Virus record (IMG/VR): IMGVR_UViG_3300035070_001240
Span: 1 to 59,141 of that record
Length of the DNA stretch: 59,141 nt
From: a virus
Lineage: Duplodnaviria > Caudoviricetes
Direction: 5' to 3' (one strand)
This document shows, piece by piece, positions 44,245-52,900 of this stretch. Every line of letters starts with the position of its first letter. Position 1 is the stretch's first letter. A program made the translations under genes and the position numbers. A model generated the notes under the pieces. It saw only the letters and a list, made by a program, of their open reading frames with translations. It searched no databases and was not told the DNA's origin.

Positions 44245-45944
44245 AAGCATGTGATGATCTTCATGCTCAAAAATATAGATTACCTAATGAAAGTTTTGAA
44301 GAGGCTATGCACCGTGTCGCAGGAGCTTTAAGCGATGATGAAGAACATTTTAACGACCTTAAAGAAATTCTTAAAGACATGCGTTTCATGCCAGCGGGAC
44401 GTATTCAATCGGCTATGGGAAGTCCCAAGAACGTTACAGCATACAATTGTTTTGTTTCTGGTACGATTCACGACTCAATGGAAAGCATTATGGAAAGGGC
44501 TTCCCAAGCCGCTGAGACTATGCGTAGAGGTGGTGGAATTGGTTATGACTTTAGCCACATTCGCCCTAGCGGTGATCGTATTGTATCCCTTGACTCTCAT
44601 GCTTCTGGCCCTGTATCATTCATGTATATCTTTGATGCAATATGTAGGACGATTGTTTCGGCGGGACACAGGCGCGGAGCAATGATGGGTGTTCTACGTG
44701 TAGATCATCCAGATATTGAAAGCTTTATTCGCGCTAAACAAAATGACAACTCACTAACAAACTTCAACATCTCTGTAGGCGTAACAGACGAGTTTATGGA
44801 TTGTGTTATTAAACAAAAGCCATTTGAGCTAAAGTTCAATGGTAAGGTTTATAAACATATCAACGCCAACGCTCTTTGGAATGAGATTATGCGAGCCAAC
44901 TGGGATTGGGCAGAACCTGGAGTTCTGTTTATTGATCGTATCAACGATGATAATCCCTTGAGCTACATTGAAACTATTGAAGCAACTAATCCATGTGGTG
45001 AGCAGCCACTTCCACCATTTGGTGCATGCCTACTTGGTAGTTTTAATCTTGTTAAATATACATCTATCAACAGAGTTGGTAGTGATATAAAGTTTACATT
45101 TGACTTTAATAAACTACGTGAGGATGTTCCAATTGTTGTCCGTGCAATGGATAACGTTATTGATCGTACTCAATATCCTCTGAATGAACAGGAGAAGGAA
45201 GCTAAGAACAAGAGGCGTATGGGTCTAGGTGTTACAGGTGTAGGAAATGTTATTGCTCTTATGGAATTACGATATGGTGAGAAGGAATCTCTTAGCTTTA
45301 TTCGTAAGGTTCTAAAGACAATCTGTTATGCTGCATATGAAGCTAGTTCTGATCTTGCAAAGGAGAAAGGATCGTTTCCATTCTTTGATAAGGAAAAGTA
45401 CACAGCCTCTGGCTTTGTCTCCCGTCTTCCAGAAGACTTGATTGAAAAGATCAAGAAGCAAGGTATGCGTAACAGCCATCTTATGTCTATTGCTCCTACC
45501 GGCACTATCAGCTTCTGTGCAGATAACATTTCAAGTGGACTGGAGCCTGTCTTTGCACATGATCTTGATCGTACAGTCCTTACAGAAACAGGACATACCA
45601 TCGTTAAACTAAAGGATTATGTGTGGAATAAGTATGGTGTTCGTTCACAAACTACGGACAATCTTAGTGTAGACAATCATCTTGATATGCAGATAGCAGT
45701 ACAACCCTTCATTGACAGTGCTATTTCAAAGACTATCAACGTAGGTGATGCTGTAACGTTTGAAGAATTTAAGAATATCTATACCAATGCCTGGAAAGGA
45801 AAGCTCAAGGGTGTAACAACCTTTAGGCTTGCTGGTAAACGGTATGGCATTCTTAATAAGATTGACGCCCCTATCAAAGATGAACAAGAAGGGGCAGCTT
45901 GTTTCTACGATCCAGAAACAGGTAAAAAGGAATGTGATTTATAA
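44226..45944 (+). CDS. nrdJ: Class II (B12-dependent) ribonucleotide reductase
   Basis: NCF, TNPCGEQPL, IAPTGTIS, C-terminal Cys pair; compact, no ATP cone, no small-subunit gene in the genome. Confidence 0.85.
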   Translation: MHGPEVKACDDLHAQKYRLPNESFEEAMHRVAGALSDDEEHFNDLKEILKDMRFMPAGRIQSAMGSPKNVTAYNCFVSGTIHDSMESIMERASQAAETMRRGGGIGYDFSHIRPSGDRIVSLDSHASGPVSFMYIFDAICRTIVSAGHRRGAMMGVLRVDHPDIESFIRAKQNDNSLTNFNISVGVTDEFMDCVIKQKPFELKFNGKVYKHINANALWNEIMRANWDWAEPGVLFIDRINDDNPLSYIETIEATNPCGEQPLPPFGACLLGSFNLVKYTSINRVGSDIKFTFDFNKLREDVPIVVRAMDNVIDRTQYPLNEQEKEAKNKRRMGLGVTGVGNVIALMELRYGEKESLSFIRKVLKTICYAAYEASSDLAKEKGSFPFFDKEKYTASGFVSRLPEDLIEKIKKQGMRNSHLMSIAPTGTISFCADNISSGLEPVFAHDLDRTVLTETGHTIVKLKDYVWNKYGVRSQTTDNLSVDNHLDMQIAVQPFIDSAISKTINVGDAVTFEEFKNIYTNAWKGKLKGVTTFRLAGKRYGILNKIDAPIKDEQEGAACFYDPETGKKECDL

Positions 45945-45966
45945 GTAAAAAAGATTTAAAGGTTTT

Positions 45967-46010
45967 AAAGATAGGCTGTACGATAATTTTTATTGTATGG
46001 TCTATCTTTT
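45967..46010. terminator. Hairpin/terminator where the two arms converge
   Basis: AAAGATAGGCTGTACGATAA-TTT-TTATTGTATGGTCTATCTTTT. Confidence 0.65.
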
Positions 46011-46450
46011 TAACGAGCATTCTTAACCATAGATGCACCAAAATACAGTCCTATGATAGCGGAAAGAAGGTGAGTATCAAGTGGTGTAATCACTAAGCCC
46101 GTTAAAGCTTGCCATTTAATTGCTTCCTTTCCTTCTGTAAAGAAAAGAAAACCTGGGTTCCATTCTGTATAACCAATGTTAACAGGAATCTCAGGCCAAA
46201 ATACTGATACAATCTTAGGCCAAACAATAATTGCAAATACAGCAGCGATGGCAATGATGCGGCGAGTAATCTGAAAGCCTTTGCTTTCGTATTTACGTGC
46301 ATCATTGATAGCCTTGCGTTGAGCGTATAGTCCGGTAATTGCTCTATCAAATGCTTGCTGTTTTGCTTCTTGACTTCTGCTCCACATTGTCATAAGACCA
46401 GACATAAGACCAGAGCCTAGCATTGTTATAAGTTCTAAAGGTATGCCCAT
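46010..46450 (-). CDS. Holin-like membrane protein (3 TM)
   Basis: Three hydrophobic segments, TRRIIA, IIGLYFG. Confidence 0.6.
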   Translation of the reverse strand: MGIPLELITMLGSGLMSGLMTMWSRSQEAKQQAFDRAITGLYAQRKAINDARKYESKGFQITRRIIAIAAVFAIIVWPKIVSVFWPEIPVNIGYTEWNPGFLFFTEGKEAIKWQALTGLVITPLDTHLLSAIIGLYFGASMVKNAR

Positions 46451-46451
46451 A

Positions 46452-46757
46452 CTAATCGGTTTCCTCTGTTGCGTAAATATCCAAGAGATTCCGTCTATAA
46501 AGGGAAAGAACGGTATAAAGCCTACTGACTGAGATGCTTCCCATGATGTAATTGTCTGTTCTCCCTTCCTCGTTAAATAATACTACCATAGCTCCTGTTA
46601 TTTTCTTGTCGTTTCTGACACTCTCTAGAACATCGTCTAGGTTCTTTAACACAAAGCCATGTATATCGTCTATTTCCTTTTCGGATAACTCTTGATCATC
46701 TTGTACTGTTAGTAAGCTTTTTTTAAAAGGGATTACATTATCTATTTTATCATCCAT
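46452..46757 (-). CDS. Hypothetical protein
   Basis: DNVIPF N-terminal motif; operon packing. Confidence 0.55.
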   Translation of the reverse strand: MDDKIDNVIPFKKSLLTVQDDQELSEKEIDDIHGFVLKNLDDVLESVRNDKKITGAMVVLFNEEGRTDNYIMGSISVSRLYTVLSLYRRNLLDIYATEETD

Positions 46758-46762
46758 ATTTT

Positions 46763-49045
46763 TTATTCACCATACAGAGATTTAAAATCTGGTTTTATTG
46801 TATAGTTAGACCCTCTAAACAACGAAGGGGCTACACCTTCTCCATAAACAAATATATCCATATCAACCTCATTCTCTCTGTTTAGCAAAGCCTCAAAGTC
46901 TTGAGACAAGGCTAATAGCTCACCAGTTGTATAGAATATATCTTCTTCCTTTGTCTTTGGATTTAGAATACCAATTTTAATCCATTTCTTCTTTCCATAC
47001 ATATCGACTTCATCAAGGTCTTCTGGAACACCTTCATGGCAGCAGTCCATACCAAAGATATGAAACTCTCTGAAGCCTAGTGTATGTCCGATACCAATTG
47101 TACGCATTGCAGAGCAAGTACCGCCAGTAATAAGTTCCTGATCCTGTAACTCTTGCATGTCAATAAGAGCGTTTGTGTAAGCATGCCAGCCAATAATGTT
47201 AGCCCCTTTCTCAACAAGATACTTTGTAACATCAATGTTAGTCATGCTTGCGACAAAGTACTTTACCTTTGGATGAGGATCAGCTAACAATTCTCTACGA
47301 ACAATACCGTGCGTAGATGTTCCATCAAATGGACGAGGATCAAGAATAACACAACCCCAAGGAATGATACCATTCTCAATCAATGTATTATGAGAATGCT
47401 TAACACAGAAAACCTTTGCTCCGTGCTTCTGAAGTTCCTTAATCTTATCTAGATTTTTTACAAGAGAAGGACCAGCGGAAGCTAAGACAAGTTTACCATG
47501 ATGCCAGTGGCAACGCTGTACCATATTATCATTGAACAACTTCATGTTTTCACGAACGTTGTTTTGAATGTTATCAGGGGGTACACAATCTCTTGGATTA
47601 ACTTGAACAGGAACCTTGTGTGTATCTGGTGGATTTGGAAGGCTAAGATCATTCAGAACAACAGCAAGGTTTACATGTCCACCACCGGCTACTCTATCGC
47701 CCGTAGAGATAATGAACCTACGTTGTTCACCCGTACGATCAGTACCACCTAGTTCCTTATAAATATCGTTGACGCCTAAAAACTCTGTAGGCATTTTTCC
47801 TTGTTCATCTTCTGTATAATAATCATCCAGAACGATAACAGGAATGTCCTTACAAAGCTCATAGTCACTACGTACAGTTTCAGTAGAATGTCCACCATCA
47901 ATGAAAACAAAGTCAGGCTTTACATTATACATATTACAAAGGCTAGGATCGTTTAGAATACTTAACTTACTTTTTGAGTCGCCCTTCATTAGATAAAATG
48001 TTAAAGTCTTATTTATCTTTGCGTACTCTTTAGCAAGATCAGTTAGCTTTAGTTCAACAGACTTCTTTGTATAATGCTTCTTTACATTAAACTCTTCCTT
48101 ATCTGTTTCATCCGTAGCGTCTTCAAATAGATCAATACCAGTGTAGTGAACAGTGTCGTTAGCCTCAAAGGCAGATTGGATCATTGCACAAGCTGTATCG
48201 CCATTCCATGTGCCAATCTCTAGAATGTTCTTACGCTTATAGTGTTTGACCATAGCACATAGATCAACATACCTACGTGCCTTGAAGTTTGGATTATTTC
48301 CAGAGCCGTACTTCTTGTTACCCTTTAGATGAACAATATGATTACCTAGAGGAGATAAATCAAAAGCATCTAGTCCTTCACAGTTCGGTGTAAGATCATG
48401 TGTAACCATGCCATGAGCTTCATGTAGAATGCGAAGACGATCAAAGACATAGTTATCAGCAAAGCATTGTAGCTTTAGAACCTCGTCTGAATTATAGTAG
48501 TTAACATAATCAGTCATGAAGACTTCTACTATGCCAGGATTGATATTATAACCAATAAGAGAAGAACATGTGGCATAGGCATTCTTACGGCCTAGATAGA
48601 CTATATCAGCTTCATCGTTAAATGTCTGGCTTAACAACTCTTCTGTGATAGGCTCATACGTTACACTGTCCGCATCCAACCAAATCAACCACTGTGCATT
48701 TCCACCATCACGGTCTAGAAGATAATTCATAGCCATGTGTTGAGCGTATACCTTGTGGCTAAACTTCACGGCATCTTGATAGAAGTTATACGTATTCTTT
48801 CCAGCCTTACCATCAAACTGTTTGTTACGTTCCTTAAATTCAATTAGCCGGTCATTGTCTAGTAGATCAAAGTAATGAATGTTATCGGCTTTAGGAGCGT
48901 TGTCTGGTAGGGGATAACCATCACAATAACAAAGAAGTTGAATATCCTTCGGCCAATATTCAATGAAGCTATTTAGAAAACGTTCACCATATACATCCCA
49001 ACTTTTAACTGGAAAAGATGTAACAATCGTGTATTTATTTGACAT
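46763..49045 (-). CDS. Tri-domain glycosyltransferase-like + SAM methyltransferase + DUF115/Maf-like protein
   Basis: WLDAD; LEIGTWNG, FIDGGHS, LDDY; ASAGPSL and LGFREFHIFGMDC. Confidence 0.75.
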   Translation of the reverse strand: MSNKYTIVTSFPVKSWDVYGERFLNSFIEYWPKDIQLLCYCDGYPLPDNAPKADNIHYFDLLDNDRLIEFKERNKQFDGKAGKNTYNFYQDAVKFSHKVYAQHMAMNYLLDRDGGNAQWLIWLDADSVTYEPITEELLSQTFNDEADIVYLGRKNAYATCSSLIGYNINPGIVEVFMTDYVNYYNSDEVLKLQCFADNYVFDRLRILHEAHGMVTHDLTPNCEGLDAFDLSPLGNHIVHLKGNKKYGSGNNPNFKARRYVDLCAMVKHYKRKNILEIGTWNGDTACAMIQSAFEANDTVHYTGIDLFEDATDETDKEEFNVKKHYTKKSVELKLTDLAKEYAKINKTLTFYLMKGDSKSKLSILNDPSLCNMYNVKPDFVFIDGGHSTETVRSDYELCKDIPVIVLDDYYTEDEQGKMPTEFLGVNDIYKELGGTDRTGEQRRFIISTGDRVAGGGHVNLAVVLNDLSLPNPPDTHKVPVQVNPRDCVPPDNIQNNVRENMKLFNDNMVQRCHWHHGKLVLASAGPSLVKNLDKIKELQKHGAKVFCVKHSHNTLIENGIIPWGCVILDPRPFDGTSTHGIVRRELLADPHPKVKYFVASMTNIDVTKYLVEKGANIIGWHAYTNALIDMQELQDQELITGGTCSAMRTIGIGHTLGFREFHIFGMDCCHEGVPEDLDEVDMYGKKKWIKIGILNPKTKEEDIFYTTGELLALSQDFEALLNRENEVDMDIFVYGEGVAPSLFRGSNYTIKPDFKSLYGE

Positions 49046-49052
49046 TTATTGA

Positions 49053-49820
49053 TTAGTCCATTAAATGGTTGATGATAAAATTCTTTGGAATTGATTGTAG
49101 ATAGTCAATCCAAACCTCTCCAAAGTCACAGTTCTTGTACTCCTCAAACCAAGGTCCACCCTTTGTAAAGTGAATAGCCTTTGGCTTCTTTCCGTTGTTG
49201 GTTACACCAGGAACAAAGTTCCACTCTTCTGGTAAAGGACCAATGGCTTCATTTTTAGTCCATTTAAACTTATGAAGATGGGAACCTTTAGAATTATTTA
49301 CTGTGATATGATCTAGTTTCTGTACATCAGGATGGCTCAGATTGAACATCATCAATGATGACCAAAGCTTCTTTGTGTAACGAGTTTGTAAAACGTTATC
49401 CATTTTGTATCGTTCTTTTTCATCTGGAATCCAGTTAAACTTTACACACATTACAGAATAACGATCATCAGCTAATTCAAATAGCTTTTTGATGTTTTCA
49501 AGAAACACAACATCACCATCAACAAAGATAGCCCAGCCATCCTTTCCTTGTTGCCTACATATTTCAGGTACTAGAAATCTACTAAAGGAAAACTCAGTAG
49601 AGAAAGGCTTACTGTCGATAGTATCGAAGTACTGTCCAGTCTCTGAAATAAAAGCTTTACGATAGTAGAGTTTTTGTTGTTGAAGGTTTTTCTTATTGAG
49701 AAAGTCTACTGATACGTTATCATCACCTACTTTTAGATTTGAGATAATGCTGTATTTGCAGACAATAGAAGCCAGGGCTTCACGAGGGTCATAACCCACG
49801 AAGACATGCTTGTTTGACAT
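49053..49820 (-). CDS. GT-A glycosyltransferase (GT8-related)
   Basis: VFVGYDPRE, STEFSFSRFLVP, FVDGD, WSSLM, HFTKGGPWF. Confidence 0.8.
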   Translation of the reverse strand: MSNKHVFVGYDPREALASIVCKYSIISNLKVGDDNVSVDFLNKKNLQQQKLYYRKAFISETGQYFDTIDSKPFSTEFSFSRFLVPEICRQQGKDGWAIFVDGDVVFLENIKKLFELADDRYSVMCVKFNWIPDEKERYKMDNVLQTRYTKKLWSSLMMFNLSHPDVQKLDHITVNNSKGSHLHKFKWTKNEAIGPLPEEWNFVPGVTNNGKKPKAIHFTKGGPWFEEYKNCDFGEVWIDYLQSIPKNFIINHLMD

Positions 49821-49865
49821 TTTGATTATGTATATTAAATTTAAGTTGTTAAAGACAGTAACGTA

Positions 49866-49894
49866 ATATTATAAGGTATAAGGATTATATGCAA
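49866..49894 (-). promoter_or_regulatory. Possible sigma70 promoter for the glycosyltransferase genes
   Basis: TTGCAT-N17-TAATAT (a TATAAT overlaps it) in the intergenic gap. Confidence 0.45.
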
Positions 49895-49903
49895 ATATTA
49901 ATT

Positions 49904-52900
49904 TTAATCTCTTGTAAGAAGTCCTAGCCTACGTAGAGTAGCCTCCTCTGCCATTGGCCGTGCATTCTTTCTTATGCTACGCATGGCTACACCCCTATCT
50001 GTTTGACCCAGAAGTTCTGTAGCAATTCTATTTCTTAGGGCTTCACTTTGAATATTAATAATTAAGTCTGGACGTTTTTCAGTTGCAGCCTCTCTATTAA
50101 GATCAGCTATTTCTTTATAAATATCCCGAACAATATCAGTTTGTTTTTTATAGTTTGACATATCACCCTTAGTATATTCCAGGTTAGCTAGATTGATATG
50201 CTTTGCAAGTTGTGAATAATAGTAATCTTGAATACCCTTTGTTTCACCTTGTAAGAATTTATAATATTGCCGTTGTTGCCTAGCTTCTGCAACAGACTTA
50301 GGAGTAAAGCCAAAAGCTTTAGCAAGGTTTTCAAGTGTTCCAATTTCTTTAGAAGGCATTAATACTCTGCCTTGAGTTGTACGTACTGGTTTATCAAGGA
50401 ATTGAGTAGCGGCTGCATCGTAGGCATTTCTAACACCAATGGGTAGGAAAGCAGTTGCAAATTCAACAGCATTAAATTCTTTTTGTTTTAACGCCTCACG
50501 TGCCTTACGAGCAGAATCAATAACAACGCTTCCAGTTGGTCCATATGCAACGGATAGATCACCAGCCATAAGATCAAATGGAATAACTTCACCAACACCT
50601 ACACGGCGTCTAAGGTCAATGCCGGTAAGCTGTCCAAATACACCGCTCATTAAGATGTCGTTAGCTACGCCTGTAATTCCAAAGTTAGCTAAGGTTTGTC
50701 TCATTCCGGTTTCAAGATCAAACTCATAGTCACTTACTTCTTTAGACAGCATTTGGAGAAGTTGTTTCATATTCTCCATCCAAGGAAGTCCCATAGCTCC
50801 AGCAAAGAAAAGCATACTTAAAACCATAGAACCTAGTAATGCGCTTCCTAGTTTCTTGTCTACCTTTGCAATTGATAGTGCTTGAGCATACAAACCAACA
50901 TAGTTAATAACATAAGGCATAAACTGTGTAGCAACATTCAAAAATCCTTTATGGAATAGCTCTGGCCTGTTTTCCTTACTAATTAGAAACTGTGTCTTCA
51001 TAACCATCATTTCAGCGGCTTGAGTTGGAGTTGTCTTACGAGTAGAATACACAGTATATTTTGAATAATCGTCAAGCTTCTTGAGATTACTTGGAGATTT
51101 CTTTGCTAATCTGTATGCCGTTAAGGCAGTTGTGATACGGTTAATTTGCTCTATCGCACCAAACATGAAAGAACTAGCTTCTAAAATTTTTGCACCAGCT
51201 TGAGCAGCGTTAGGTGGTAAGCTATTGTTCAACTCTCCCAATGTTCTTGTTAGATTGGCTCCAGAGTCGATACTTGTTACAGCTTGAATAATGCCACGAG
51301 AGTGAAGATCACGTAGCATGTTCCATTCATCTTGATTAATTTTACCTTTTACTTGTTGAGGAACTGTTGGGCTTTCAAAATTAAAACCATAAGTATCTAA
51401 ACGATCCTTAGAAAGCTTAAATAAAAGTCTAGCATCGTTCATTGCTTTGAGTAGTTCTCTTGTTGAGCCTTTTCCAACAACAACTTTTAGAACTGGAAGA
51501 GTAGCAACAAATAGCTGTGTTAAGTTAACAATAGCAGAACTAAAGTTCATGCCAATTGTATAATGGAATGTTAGTCCTTTTAAAACAGAACCAGCATCAG
51601 CAGGATCATTGATATTTTCAACTAGCTTTTCAGCAGTTGTAACTAGTTTATTATTTTTTCCTACTTTTTCTGCAAGGTTATTTAAAGCTGTTCTCATAGG
51701 ACGATAGTATTCAAGGTTTGAGGCAGTATCTGAACCTGTACGAATATAATTACTTAAAGAATATGCAAGATAATTATCAGCAGTAGCAGGAGTATAATAA
51801 CCATTAACGACATTTTTAGCTTCTCTAGTTTCAAGAAACTTATTAAAGCCATCTGTAGTAATCACTGTTTCTAACTGTCCAATAAATTTTTTTACTTCAT
51901 CACTATTCTTGTTATATCCAAAAGCATCTGCCAGTCTTTGAAGTATACCAATATCCTTAACATCTAATTTTTTTAGAATATCATCCTTAGCTTCTACTCT
52001 GTTGTCTATTTCAGATATTGTATATCTTTTTGAATCAGCATAAATACCACTTTCTTTTAGTTGTTTTAATCTTTCATTTAATCTCTTTCTTTGATCTCGG
52101 ATAAAACGAGGAGTAAAATCGCTATCTAAAATTCTTGGAGTACTGGTTTCATAGTGAATAATCTTTTTAAGTTTATTATCACGGACAGTAAAGAAAAAAT
52201 CTCCTTGACGTTGGCGAGGAATATAATATGGATTACGGGTTTTTGTTGTTTCGTAATCATTAATAAATTTAATAATATTAAGCTGAGATATTACATTATC
52301 TATTAAAAGATTTTCTCTACTTCCTTTTTTAAATGTATCTTTATTATCATCTTTAAATTTAGTTAAAATTTGAGTTGCTAGTTGATTACTATTTAAATCT
52401 TTTGTATATGATTCTAAATCCATAATATTAACAGTAATTGGATTTTTATTTCCTCTTGGAATAATTTCAAAATTTAAAGTAGAAAGAGGAACTAATTTTG
52501 CAAGATCATTTAGATACATACGAACTGACTGTCTAATCTTATCATTAAGAACAGTCATTGTATCTCCCTGTGCCTCTTTAATATTTCCATATAGAGGAGC
52601 TTTTTGTAAGAAGAAGCGAATGAAGCTACGACCAACCGTTTCATACATACGGTCAAATCCTTGTCTTGCTTCATTATATTTATCAAAAAGCTTTTTAGGT
52701 AAGCGAATGGTTCCAGGCTGAACATTAAGATTAGCTAGAATAGTTCTGTATTGATCTGCATCAATATCCGTAGATACTTCATTTGTTTCAGGATCAATCG
52801 TAGCAACTGGTTCTGGAGCAATAGTTAGAATTGCATCTCCAGTTTCTTTATCTACAGTTAATTTAACTTGTTTAGAAGTACCAAGAGCATCAAGAATAAC

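Noticed and set aside
27386-45944. Phage RNA polymerase, integrase or repressor
   Set aside because: No ORF has the size or motifs; sigma70-type promoters suggest host RNA polymerase use.
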